From the NCBI GenBank assembly GCA_943354835.1, contig CALRDH010000005.1:1-47095 (forward strand): 47,095 nt of DNA, read 5' to 3'. Below, piece after piece: positions 1 through 11,881 of the stretch. The translations under genes were made by a program, and so were the position numbers. Within the stretch, counting starts at the first letter, position 1. Every line of letters begins with the position of its first letter. The notes under the pieces were generated by a model, which saw only the letters and a list, made by a program, of their open reading frames with translations, ran no database searches and had not been told where the DNA came from. Source of the stretch: a candidate division WWE3 bacterium (GTDB taxonomy: Bacteria > Patescibacteriota > WWE3 > 2-01-FULL-39-13).

Positions 1-426
1 GATTTTATTTTGTTTTATTGCAACAACTGATAATTCTACTTTTCCATCGTCTATAAAAATGCTGTGACCTTTTTCTAGATTATTTATGCATGAAATATTA
101 GGAAAAGGAATCCACGTAGTATTTAGTTCTTCTTTGTCTGAAAGGATTACTTCCTGGCCTTCGGAAAGAATTATCTTTTCAATATTATTTGGAAATATGC
201 CTATTCTTAACTCTGGACCTTGAAGGTCTGCTAAAAGTGCTATGTTTTTATTTAATTTTTTAGCAATTCCTTTTAGCCTATTTGCTAATTCTCCATGCCA
301 TTCGTGATTGTTGTGCTTTAGATTGAATCTAAAAACATTTGCACCGGCCAACATCATTTCTTCTAAAACTTTACTTGTATGCGAAGCTGGCCCTAGTGTT
401 GTTATTATTTTTGTTTTTTGTGTCAT
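1..426 (-). CDS. pyk: Pyruvate kinase, N-terminal part (runs off the left edge; not in the ORF track)
   Basis: Manual translation from ATG at 426: MTQKTKIITTLGPAS...GANVFRFNLKH...IALLADLQGPELRIG, matching the PK motifs TLGPAS, RFNxxH and DLQGPxxR. Confidence 0.93.
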   Translation of the reverse strand, partial: MTQKTKIITTLGPASHTSKVLEEMMLAGANVFRFNLKHNNHEWHGELANRLKGIAKKLNKNIALLADLQGPELRIGIFPNNIEKIILSEGQEVILSDKEELNTTWIPFPNISCINNLEKGHSIFIDDGKVELSVVAIKQNKI

Positions 427-429
427 ATT

Positions 430-2568
430 TTAATTAATTTTAATACCGTAAGTTTTTCTTGAGTGCTCAATTATTTTTTCTCTATGTCCTGATTTGTTTT
501 TAGGAAGAGGAAGCGAATAATAAGTAAACGCACCTGCGCTCACACTTGAAATCATCATCTTTATTATCATTTGATAACTATCAAGTGTTGTTAAGTCCCC
601 TGCTTCTATATCTGTTCCAAATTCTTTGTATAGAATTTCTGAATCTTTTGCTCCTACATTAAAACAGGCAATCGTTCCAACATTACCTAGTATAGCCCCC
701 ATTACGTCTTCGTCAATCTGCGTAATATATTGATTTGCTAATGTTAATCCAAGTTTGTACTTCCTTGCTTCTGAAAGAATCTTTGTAAATGATGAAGTTG
801 CAAAGTTTTGGAACTCATCAACATAAAGATAAAATGGAACGCGCTTGTCTTCGTCTAAAAATGCGCGGTTCATGGCGGCGATTTGAATTTGTGTAATTAG
901 CATTGATCCTAAAAGTGTTGCGTTGTCTTCGCCAATTTTGCCTTGTGAAAGATCTGCTAAAAATATTTTCTTGTTATCCATAAGATCAGAAATAATGACT
1001 TTTGATTTTTTGTGATCAATTATTTTTCTGATTAAAGGTGAAGTTACGAATTGTCCGACCTTGTTTAGAATTGAAGAAATTGCTTCTCCGATGAACTTTT
1101 CACTTAGTGCTTCATATTCGTTTTTCCAGAATTTGTGAAGTTGTGGGTCATCAACATTTTTTAGAACATTATCTCTAAACTTTTTATCGTGGAGAATATT
1201 TATAATATCGACTAAAGTTGCATTTTCAGCTTGAACTAAAGTAAAAAGGACATTTCTTAAAATATGTTCAAGACGTGGTCCCCAAGATTCCGAATAAAGT
1301 TTGTAAAAGATTGCGATAATTCCTGAAACAATAAGTTCTTTTTGGTGGCTACTTTTTACCTCGAGTATATTAAGTGGATATGCATAGTCTGGATCGGCAG
1401 GATTAAAGTAACAGACGTCGTTGATTCTGTTTTTAGGTATGTATTCCATTATATGATCGATGGCGTCGCCGTGCGGGTCCAGCACGGCGACGCCATTCCC
1501 TTTTCTAATATCTTCTATTGCCATGTTGTCTATAAACCATGATTTTCCAGTTCCTGTTTTTCCGACGATGTAAACGTGTCTTAGTCTGTCTTTGGCTTTA
1601 ATTCCAAATATGTGGTCTCTGTTTTTATAATTTACTTTTCCTATGAATGTAATATCTTTTTTTTCTTCTTCTGTTGAATTTTCATGCGCGATTGGCAAGT
1701 CTTCTGGCGGATCTAATTGAAGTTTTTTTCCCCACTTAATGTTTGGTATGTTTAGGGATCCACTTGGCAGGTGCCATAATGTCGTAATTTCAAGCGCGTT
1801 TAACAGGTTTGATGTTCCGTATGATGAATGTGTTGTAATTGCATTTAGTAATTTTGTTTTATTAAATATGTTTGGATTTTTAAGTGTCAATGAATTTCCG
1901 TTTGGTTCAGAGAATAAACTGAAAGCTCCGGACATGTAATTTATGTTTGTATATGTATCAGCAATTAATCTTATATTTGCATTAAATCCGTAGTGTTTTA
2001 TTTTCTCTTGTATTAGCATGCTTTCTGCTTGCATTCTTTGAGATTTAATTTCTGATGCATTTATTGCATTTATTCTTGAAGAGGCTTTCTTTTGCCAGTT
2101 TGTGTTTGCATGAGTAAGTATTATTTGTATCCAAAAAAGTGCGTTTGGATCAGGAGATCTGGACATGCTTGAAAGTACAGATCCAAGTGGATCAACGTCA
2201 ACGAATCCAACCATTGTTTTTATAGGAAGATTCCCACTTTTTGTTAAATTTAATTCAGCAAATTGTATTTTTGAGAAATCTACGGCTCCAATTTCTGAAA
2301 AGGACTCAAGATCCACGACATCTGCCTTTCCATATTGTGCTAAAAGTTGATTTTTAAGGTGAATTAATTCCGTTTCTTTTGTTCCAATTATGAAATATAT
2401 ATTTTGATTGACGGATATTATATTGAACGAATAAACTGGTGAATCTGGTTTTGAGAATGAAAAAATATTTCTATTTGATGACCTTGAAACAAGACTTGAT
2501 ATCAGTGCTAGCCCTTGTTCATATGTATATTCATTATTATGAGGGACTTTAACAAGCAGGAACTTCAT
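430..2568 (-). CDS. DUF87/TraG-VirD4/HerA-like P-loop ATPase of the kind common in CPR
   Basis: Walker A GKTGTGKS, VLDPHGD, Walker B LYVDEFQNF, SEARKY..LTLANQY. Confidence 0.85.
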   Translation of the reverse strand: MKFLLVKVPHNNEYTYEQGLALISSLVSRSSNRNIFSFSKPDSPVYSFNIISVNQNIYFIIGTKETELIHLKNQLLAQYGKADVVDLESFSEIGAVDFSKIQFAELNLTKSGNLPIKTMVGFVDVDPLGSVLSSMSRSPDPNALFWIQIILTHANTNWQKKASSRINAINASEIKSQRMQAESMLIQEKIKHYGFNANIRLIADTYTNINYMSGAFSLFSEPNGNSLTLKNPNIFNKTKLLNAITTHSSYGTSNLLNALEITTLWHLPSGSLNIPNIKWGKKLQLDPPEDLPIAHENSTEEEKKDITFIGKVNYKNRDHIFGIKAKDRLRHVYIVGKTGTGKSWFIDNMAIEDIRKGNGVAVLDPHGDAIDHIMEYIPKNRINDVCYFNPADPDYAYPLNILEVKSSHQKELIVSGIIAIFYKLYSESWGPRLEHILRNVLFTLVQAENATLVDIINILHDKKFRDNVLKNVDDPQLHKFWKNEYEALSEKFIGEAISSILNKVGQFVTSPLIRKIIDHKKSKVIISDLMDNKKIFLADLSQGKIGEDNATLLGSMLITQIQIAAMNRAFLDEDKRVPFYLYVDEFQNFATSSFTKILSEARKYKLGLTLANQYITQIDEDVMGAILGNVGTIACFNVGAKDSEILYKEFGTDIEAGDLTTLDSYQMIIKMMISSVSAGAFTYYSLPLPKNKSGHREKIIEHSRKTYGIKIN

Positions 2569-2575
2569 AAGAAAA

Positions 2576-2584
2576 ATTATAGCA
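2576..2584 (-). promoter_or_regulatory. Extended -10 promoter TG-C-TATAAT, 7 nt upstream of the ATPase ATG; overlaps the rnhB stop codon
   Basis: The minus strand reads TGCTATAATTTTTCTT-ATG. Confidence 0.55.
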
Positions 2585-3206
2585 CCAAATTGTAACTCTT
2601 TCGGTGAATTGGGGTTAATCCAAATGTTTTGATTGCTTGCATATGAGCCATTGTTCCATATCCGACGTTTTTATCAAATCCATACTTTGGATATAATTTG
2701 TGATATTTTTCTTTCATTAGATTATCTCTATAAACTTTTGCTATTATTGAGGCCGATGCTATTGATAATGACTTTTGATCACCTTTCGTGATTGATAAAA
2801 CAGGAATTTTAAGACTAATTTTGAAGTAGTCTATGAGGGCGTATTCGATATTTTTTATATTTTGACATGCATCTTGTAGAGCTTTTTTGTTAATCTCCCC
2901 TACTCCATATGTATCAATTTCATTATTGTCTATTTCAACTATAGAAAATTGATTCGCGTTTTTTATTATGAATTCTGAAAGTAAAATTCTATTTTTTTCT
3001 GTAAGTTTTTTAGAATCATTGATTTTATAGATTTCAGTGATGTTTTGATCTTCTAATATCTTATTTAGTTTTTGGAAATTCCAACTTACGGCTGCTGTTA
3101 CAATTGGTCCTGCAATTGCACCTCGTCCAACTTCATCAGCGCCTGCAACGACTAACAGGCCTTTTTCCCAAAGACTTTTTTCATACGAAATATTATTCAG
3201 AAACAT
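2577..3206 (-). CDS. rnhB: Ribonuclease HII
   Basis: [51 protein letters not shown] motifs. Confidence 0.96.
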   Translation of the reverse strand: MFLNNISYEKSLWEKGLLVVAGADEVGRGAIAGPIVTAAVSWNFQKLNKILEDQNITEIYKINDSKKLTEKNRILLSEFIIKNANQFSIVEIDNNEIDTYGVGEINKKALQDACQNIKNIEYALIDYFKISLKIPVLSITKGDQKSLSIASASIIAKVYRDNLMKEKYHKLYPKYGFDKNVGYGTMAHMQAIKTFGLTPIHRKSYNLVL

Positions 3207-5820
3207 CTGCTTTTTGGTCTTCTTCTACCTGGCCTTCGTCACCTTTTCCAAAAGCTGAAACCGCTGAAACTTTATCGTTTCCTTTTAGTCTCATTAAGAT
3301 AACGCCTTGCGTATCTCTACTTAATGTTGGAATTGATTCTGCAGGTATTCTTATAATTTGGCCATTTTCTGATGTTAGGATTATGTCTTTTGATTCGCTG
3401 TTTATTATTTTGACAGCAACAATATCGCCAGTTTTTGCTGTTATATTTGCGGCTTTAATTCCGCTACCACCTCGGTTTTGAAGTGTGTATTGTGAAACTT
3501 TTGTCTTTTTACCGTAGCCATGGCTCATTATCGCAAGTAGTTCTTCTGTTTCATTTTCTTTCGAAAGAATTTCCATGCTTATAACTGCGTCACCGCTTTT
3601 AAGTTTTATTCCTCTTACTCCACTTGCACTTCTTCCCATTGGTCTGACATCTTCTTCTTTGAATCTTACTGATTTACCTTTTGTTGTAACAAGAATTACT
3701 TCGTTTTGGCCTGAAGTTAGCATTGATTTTACTACTTCATCTCCTTCTTTCATTCCCATTCCTATAATTCCAGTTCTTCTTATGTTATCGAATTCTGATA
3801 GTGCTGTTTTTTTGATTTGACCGAATTTTGATGCGGTTAGAATATATAGATCTTCTTTTTTGCCTTCAAAATCTTTTTTAATAGTTATGATTTCTTGAAC
3901 TTTTTCATTTGAGCCCATTTCTATAACGTTAACAATTGCAGTGCCTTTTGATGTTCGGCTGCTTTCAGGAATATCCCAGACGTGTTTTTCATATACACGA
4001 CCTTGGTTTGTCATGAAAAGTACTTTGTCGTGTGTATCAGCAAGTCTCATTAAGGCGACTTCGTCTTCATCTTTTGTTTTCATTCCTACAACGCCTTTTC
4101 CGCCACGACTTTGTGTTTTGTATGTATCTGGTTTAACGCGTTTTATATATCCAGAAATTGTTACGGCGATAAGTGTTTCTTCATTTGCGATTAGGTCTTC
4201 TTCTGAAAGTTCGCCGATTTTACCTTTTATTACTTTTGTTCTTCTCGCGTCACCAAATTTAGCTTTAATATCTATGAGTTCATTTTTAATTATTTTTATA
4301 GATTCAGATGGATTTGCCAATATTTGCAAAAGATTTGTGATTGTTTTTTGAATTTCGGCAAGTTCGTTTTCGATTTTGTCTCTTTCAAGGGCTGCGAGTC
4401 TTCGAAGTTGCATATCAAGAATTGCTTGAGCTTGAATTTCTGTTAATTTAAATCGTTTAATTAAATTTGTCTTTGCTTCTTCTGAGTCTTTTGATTTTTT
4501 GATTATTGCGATGACTTCGTCTATAAAATCGAGCGCTATTTTAAGACCTTCTAAAATGTGTTCTCTTTCGCGAGCTTTTCTTAATAAATGTATCGATCGA
4601 TTTATGATTACATCTCTTCTATGTTTTATAAATTCATCAAGGAATGCTTTGATACCAAGCGTAAGTGGTTTTCCACCAACAAGGGCAAGCATATTCGCAT
4701 TAAATGCGTTTTGAAGTTGTGAATATTTGTATAAATAGTTAAGAACTTTTTGAGGATTTGAATCTCTTTTTAGCTCTATTACTATTTTCATTTTTCCACG
4801 GCTACTTTCGTCTCTGATATCGCTAATTTCTCTGACTTTCTTTTCGTTTACTAAATCTGCGATTTTTTCAATTAGTGTTGTTTTGTTAACCTGGTATGGA
4901 ATTTCTGAAATCACAATGCAGAATTTTCCACCCTTAATTTCTTCTATTTTTGCTTCTGCTCTTTGAATAATTTGTCCACGTCCTGTTGCAAAGTATCTTA
5001 ATGTTTCGGATTTATCGTAAATTGTGCATCCTGTTGGAAAGTCTGGACCTTTTATTATTCCAGCTAATTCTTCTAAAGAAATTTGATTCCCGATTTCCCA
5101 CCTTGTGACTGGCGCTTCAGTTTCGATAAGATCGTATGCTCTGATTTTTACAATTTCCTTTTGTGATTCAGTTACTTCGCCTTTTTCGAGTATTAATGTT
5201 AGTGCGTCTGCAAGTTCATTAAGATTATGTGGAGGAATATTTGTAGCCATTCCGACAGCGATACCTGCTGATCCATTCATTAAAAGATTTGGAATAATAG
5301 CAGGAAGAACTGTAGGCTCTTGATATTCTGCGGAGTAGTTGTCTTCGAAAAGTACTGTGTCTTTATCGATATCGGAAAGTAGATAATCAGAAATTCGTGC
5401 TAAACGGCATTCTGTATACCTCATGGCAGCGGCTGGATCTCCATCTATGTTACCGAAGTTACCTTGGCCATCGATTAATGGATATCTTAACGAAAAATTT
5501 TGCGCCATTCGAACAAGGGCATCATAAATTGATGTATCTCCGTGAGGGTGGTATTTACCAATGACTTCTCCGACGAGCTTTGCAGACTTGCTGTAAATTG
5601 CATCGGCTGTTAGATTCATTTGACTTGCAGCAAAGACAATACGTCTGTGAACAGGTTTTAGACCATCACGAATATCAGGTAAAGCTCTTGAGACAATTAC
5701 GCTCATTGCGTAGTCTAAATAAGCTTTTTGCATTTCCTTTGATATAGATGTGTCTAATATCTGCCCCTTTTGCAAATCTTCAGTTTCTCCAATTTCCATT
5801 AAGTCTGTGTTGTCTGTCAT
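3193..5820 (-). CDS. gyrA: DNA gyrase subunit A
   Basis: [30 protein letters not shown] (catalytic Tyr), GyrA-box QSRGGKG, C-terminal pinwheel repeats. Confidence 0.97.
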   Translation of the reverse strand: MTDNTDLMEIGETEDLQKGQILDTSISKEMQKAYLDYAMSVIVSRALPDIRDGLKPVHRRIVFAASQMNLTADAIYSKSAKLVGEVIGKYHPHGDTSIYDALVRMAQNFSLRYPLIDGQGNFGNIDGDPAAAMRYTECRLARISDYLLSDIDKDTVLFEDNYSAEYQEPTVLPAIIPNLLMNGSAGIAVGMATNIPPHNLNELADALTLILEKGEVTESQKEIVKIRAYDLIETEAPVTRWEIGNQISLEELAGIIKGPDFPTGCTIYDKSETLRYFATGRGQIIQRAEAKIEEIKGGKFCIVISEIPYQVNKTTLIEKIADLVNEKKVREISDIRDESSRGKMKIVIELKRDSNPQKVLNYLYKYSQLQNAFNANMLALVGGKPLTLGIKAFLDEFIKHRRDVIINRSIHLLRKAREREHILEGLKIALDFIDEVIAIIKKSKDSEEAKTNLIKRFKLTEIQAQAILDMQLRRLAALERDKIENELAEIQKTITNLLQILANPSESIKIIKNELIDIKAKFGDARRTKVIKGKIGELSEEDLIANEETLIAVTISGYIKRVKPDTYKTQSRGGKGVVGMKTKDEDEVALMRLADTHDKVLFMTNQGRVYEKHVWDIPESSRTSKGTAIVNVIEMGSNEKVQEIITIKKDFEGKKEDLYILTASKFGQIKKTALSEFDNIRRTGIIGMGMKEGDEVVKSMLTSGQNEVILVTTKGKSVRFKEEDVRPMGRSASGVRGIKLKSGDAVISMEILSKENETEELLAIMSHGYGKKTKVSQYTLQNRGGSGIKAANITAKTGDIVAVKIINSESKDIILTSENGQIIRIPAESIPTLSRDTQGVILMRLKGNDKVSAVSAFGKGDEGQVEEDQKADVSE

Positions 5821-6362
5821 TATGATTGTTGTTTAAATTTTTCCTCGTAAGCTTTCATCGACTCTGCTATTAGTTTATATGCTTCTTCCTTTCCACGAAA
5901 TCCAGTTATTTTAACTGTTCCTGGACCTGTTTGTGCGTATTTATATGTTTCCATAAATGTTTGAAGATCTTTAAGCTCGTGTTTTGGCATATCATCTATG
6001 TCGTTAATATGATCCCATCTTGGGTCTTTTTTGTTAACGCAGATAATTTTATCGTCGGATTCTCCGTTATCTTCCATTCCCATGACACCAACTACTCGTC
6101 CATGAGCAACGGCACCTGGAACAATATTTCCTGTTGTGTACAAAACTGCATCTAGTGGATCGCCATCGTGAATGTTCCATGTTCCAGGAATATCTGCATA
6201 AACAACTGGATAATGGACTGGTCCATAAAGTACACGATCAACTTCTAAATAACCGATTTCATTATTGTATTCATATTTAACAAAATCACCGCGTGAAATC
6301 TCTACTATAACTTTCAAAACTTCAGGTGCTTTATCTTGTTTTATTGCGTGAAAAAGATTCAT
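5820..6362 (-). CDS. ppa: Soluble family I inorganic pyrophosphatase (start moved to MNLFH at 6362)
   Basis: KYEY, DRVL..P.HYP, DGDPLD, D.G.SDDKII, FMETYK motifs. The 6389 start would overlap the upstream gene. Confidence 0.92.
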   Translation of the reverse strand: MNLFHAIKQDKAPEVLKVIVEISRGDFVKYEYNNEIGYLEVDRVLYGPVHYPVVYADIPGTWNIHDGDPLDAVLYTTGNIVPGAVAHGRVVGVMGMEDNGESDDKIICVNKKDPRWDHINDIDDMPKHELKDLQTFMETYKYAQTGPGTVKITGFRGKEEAYKLIAESMKAYEEKFKQQS

Positions 6363-6367
6363 ATAAT

Positions 6368-7564
6368 TTATGTTCTTGTTAGAAACCAAAAAGATATTGC
6401 ACTTAAAAGTCCGGCCATCGAAGAAATTGGCTCCTGGTCTTTTGTTTTCTTTTTGGAATCAACAAACCATCCTAAAAATAAATAGAAACTCAATACTAAA
6501 AGAAGTGAAGACATTGCTTCAACTCTTCCGAATCTTATTATAATGGCAAGTGTAGCAATTGTAAAAAGACTAATAAACAGTGGTATGGATTTTTCAATTT
6601 CGTTTTCTACTAACTTTGATTTTATCTTTTCGACGTATTTTTTTGAATGATCTATAAGTATAAAAATTATAAATATCCAAGATACTTGATAACCACTGAC
6701 TAAGTTAAACCTTGTTATTATGCCTTTATTTTCATTAATTTCTGATGAGGCGAAAATGAACAAAAGTGGAACCAATTTTGAGACTGTATTTTTAAAAGAG
6801 CTTAAATCTTTTCCTGTTGATAAACCAATCATTGCTATATATATAAATGCACTTAAAAATGCAAGACAAATCCCTAAAATCCCTGATATTTGATATGGAA
6901 CTAAAACTAGTAAAACAAGTTCATTAATATCAATAATTATTGATCTGTTTTTAACAAATAAATTTACAATACCTGCGATAATTCCACAAAAAAGTGGAAT
7001 TAATATTGTTGCAACTCCGATTTCTTTAAAAAACATATAGCAGAATGCAAAATAGGATAGAGCGATTAATGCCGTTGAAATTGAAATTACTAACTTGTTT
7101 ATACTTACGACTTTTAGTAAGAAATAAATCGCGAGTGGAACTAAAATCACGAGCAAGATTGTGAATGAGGTTTCTTGTAAAAGTAATTTATTATATCCTC
7201 TAAATTTTTCTATACTGCTTTGGAAAACTAAGCTAGATAATAATATTGTGTTTACAAGATTTAATTCTAGTGTTTTTGCATTGTTTGATATTTCTTGTGA
7301 TCTGAAACTAAAGTAGAGGAAGGCTAAATTTGCACCTATTAAGTATGCTGGTATAAAAATTAAATCTGACTTAAAGAAGTAAATTAAAATCCCGGATAAA
7401 ATTACATAATGCGTAATTTGTGAATTTTTATGTAACAAAATGTATGTGCAAATTATTCCGAATGCGAATGCAATCAGTACATAAATATTATTAAATTGAA
7501 ATAGATAATAAAAAATTACAGGTATGAGTATTGCCGAAATTAACTCCCATTTAAAGATTTTCAT
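6368..7564 (-). CDS. Polytopic membrane protein of unknown function (roughly 11-13 hydrophobic segments)
   Basis: 398-aa ORF tightly packed between gyrB and ppa, almost entirely hydrophobic helices; no recognised motif. Confidence 0.75.
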   Translation of the reverse strand: MKIFKWELISAILIPVIFYYLFQFNNIYVLIAFAFGIICTYILLHKNSQITHYVILSGILIYFFKSDLIFIPAYLIGANLAFLYFSFRSQEISNNAKTLELNLVNTILLSSLVFQSSIEKFRGYNKLLLQETSFTILLVILVPLAIYFLLKVVSINKLVISISTALIALSYFAFCYMFFKEIGVATILIPLFCGIIAGIVNLFVKNRSIIIDINELVLLVLVPYQISGILGICLAFLSAFIYIAMIGLSTGKDLSSFKNTVSKLVPLLFIFASSEINENKGIITRFNLVSGYQVSWIFIIFILIDHSKKYVEKIKSKLVENEIEKSIPLFISLFTIATLAIIIRFGRVEAMSSLLLVLSFYLFLGWFVDSKKKTKDQEPISSMAGLLSAISFWFLTRT

Positions 7565-7568
7565 ATTA

Positions 7569-9569
<2,001 letters not shown>

Positions 9570-9579
9570 CTAAAACTGT

Positions 9580-10788
9580 TTAAAATGACGACGTAAGTTG
9601 ATAAATAGGCATGATAACAGAGATGATCAAAACTCCAACCATGACGCCAAGCATAAGCATTATGATAGGTTCCATTGCCACAGATAAGTTTTTAACGACT
9701 TTGTCTACTTCACCTTCATAATACTTGGCAAGACCATTTAATCTTTCACCAACAGTTCCTGTTTCTTCGCCAACTACCAGCATTTGTCCAACCATTTGCG
9801 GGTAGATTCTTTCTTTGTTGATTGATTGTGATAAAGGTAGTCCGTGTTTTACATCGTCTATAAACCGATCAATTGAATCTCTAAAAAGTCTATTTTTCAT
9901 TGAGTTTTTTGAAATTGCCAGCGCTTCGATAATAGGAACCCCTGCTTCATCTAGTAGTCCGAGTGTTCTTGTTAGCTCAACAATTGCTGATTGTCTAAGT
10001 ATTTCTCCAAAAATTGGTAGTTTTAAACCGACTGTTGAAAAGATTATTTCACCTTCATTTGTTACTGCAAATATTCTTATACCTGTAATTGCAGCAAGTA
10101 TTAAAGTAATCGCTATCCACCAATAAGTTATTAAGAAATCTGATAGAGCAATTAGCGCTTTTGTCATGAATGGCAGATCTATATCAAATGAATCATATAT
10201 AGCGGACATTTTTGGAATAACAAAAACAACAATTAAAAAGAAAACCATTACCATTGCCGATGTGATAATTCCTGGATAAATCATTGCGCCTTTAACCCTG
10301 CTTCCAAATTCTCTTTGCTTTTCGAGCGCATCTGCAAGGCGTCTCATAACTTCATCTACTTTTCCGGTTGCTTCCCCTGCACGCAGCAAACTTATATAAC
10401 TTGGAGAAAAAACTGCGCCTTGATTTTGTATTGCTTTTGAAAGAGGGCTTCCCGATTCGACGTCATTTAAAACGGCTTGAAGAATAACCCCCATTTTATG
10501 ATTTTTTGTTTGAGATGAAAGTATTTCAAGCGACTTTGTAATAGGAAGCCCTGCGTTAAGCATGCTTGCCATTTGATCTGTGAATTTAACTTTTTCAGAA
10601 AGTGAAACTCCTTCCAAAAAAGACATGAAGTTAAACATTTCGGATTTTTCTTTTATTGGTTGAAGCGAGTAAACAAAAAGCCCAGATGATCTTAGTTTTG
10701 CAATTGCAGAAGTGCTGTTTGGAGCATCTATAGTACCTTTACTCTCTTGTATTCCGTCATTTAACTTTGCTTTATATAAAAATTTCAT
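9580..10788 (-). CDS. pilC: Type IV pilus inner-membrane platform protein (GspF/PilC family)
   Basis: Two T2SS-F repeats (GEATGKVD, GEETGTV), AMIYP, MEPIIML..G..VG.LIISVIMPIYQL. Confidence 0.94.
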   Translation of the reverse strand: MKFLYKAKLNDGIQESKGTIDAPNSTSAIAKLRSSGLFVYSLQPIKEKSEMFNFMSFLEGVSLSEKVKFTDQMASMLNAGLPITKSLEILSSQTKNHKMGVILQAVLNDVESGSPLSKAIQNQGAVFSPSYISLLRAGEATGKVDEVMRRLADALEKQREFGSRVKGAMIYPGIITSAMVMVFFLIVVFVIPKMSAIYDSFDIDLPFMTKALIALSDFLITYWWIAITLILAAITGIRIFAVTNEGEIIFSTVGLKLPIFGEILRQSAIVELTRTLGLLDEAGVPIIEALAISKNSMKNRLFRDSIDRFIDDVKHGLPLSQSINKERIYPQMVGQMLVVGEETGTVGERLNGLAKYYEGEVDKVVKNLSVAMEPIIMLMLGVMVGVLIISVIMPIYQLTSSF

Positions 10789-11867
10789 TTTGCTGATTGA
10801 CCTTTTGTATACCTTATTATTTCATCGGTATTTGATGTTTTTGTTAATGCATCTTCTAAATTAATTTTTCCGCTAGAAACAAGCTCTGCCAATGACTTCT
10901 CCATTGTTATCATGCCAAGATCTCCGCTTGTATTAATCAAGTTATGTAGGAAATGAGATTTGCCTTCTCGTATTGTGTTTCTAACAGCACTATTGGCAAT
11001 CATTATTTCGACTGCAGGATATCTTTTGCTTGAATCAATACCACGAATTAATGTTTGATTTATTATTCCTTCAATTACAGATGCGAGTTGCATTCTGACT
11101 TGTGATTGTTGCTGTTCCGGAAACATTCCAACAACTCGATCAACTGTTTGTACAGATGAATACGAATGCAAACAAGTTATAACAAGGTGCCCCATTTCGG
11201 CCGCAGTTATTGCAAGTAGCATTGTTTCTGTGTCTTGAATTTCTCCAATAAAAATAACATCGGCGCTTTCTCTTAAAGCTGCTTTAAGTGCTTTTGACCA
11301 GCTTAATGTGTCTACGTATAATTCGCGTTGATGAATCAAGGATTTATCAGATTGAAAAATATATTCAATAGGATCTTCGATTGTTACAACATGAACACTT
11401 CGATTTTGATTTATCCAATTTATCATTGCAGCTGCAGTTGAAGACTTTCCCATACCAGAAGCTCCGGATAAAATAATTAGACCTTGAGGAAGTTTACAAA
11501 ATTCATACAAAATATGTGGCATATTAAGTTCATCAAGTGTAGGAATGTGTTCTGGGATTAACTTTATTGCCACTGCAATTCGGCCTTTTTCAAAGTATGC
11601 ATTAACTCTGAATCTGGATTTTTCGTCCATTTCATAAAGTGAATTTAATTCCTTTTCTTCGTATAAGATCGAAATTTGTTCTTCATTAAAAAGTTGGCTT
11701 ACTAGATATGTTGTTTCTTCTTTATCAAGGACACTAAACCCTTGAAGTGGAGAAAGTGCTCCTGATATTTGTGCAGTCGGCGGAAGACCTGCACTTATGT
11801 GAAGGTCTTCCGCCTTCACTTGTATCATCTTAGTTAAAAGTTCATCAATTAAATATTCTTTAGACAT
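10785..11867 (-). CDS. pilT: PilT-family retraction ATPase with divergent motifs
   Basis: RFRVN, GASGMGKSS, TIEDPIE, HQRE, ALRESADVIFIGE, GHLV..CLH, AVRNTIREGK. Confidence 0.85.
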   Translation of the reverse strand: MSKEYLIDELLTKMIQVKAEDLHISAGLPPTAQISGALSPLQGFSVLDKEETTYLVSQLFNEEQISILYEEKELNSLYEMDEKSRFRVNAYFEKGRIAVAIKLIPEHIPTLDELNMPHILYEFCKLPQGLIILSGASGMGKSSTAAAMINWINQNRSVHVVTIEDPIEYIFQSDKSLIHQRELYVDTLSWSKALKAALRESADVIFIGEIQDTETMLLAITAAEMGHLVITCLHSYSSVQTVDRVVGMFPEQQQSQVRMQLASVIEGIINQTLIRGIDSSKRYPAVEIMIANSAVRNTIREGKSHFLHNLINTSGDLGMITMEKSLAELVSSGKINLEDALTKTSNTDEIIRYTKGQSAK

Positions 11868-11881
11868 AATTTTCCCTTTCT

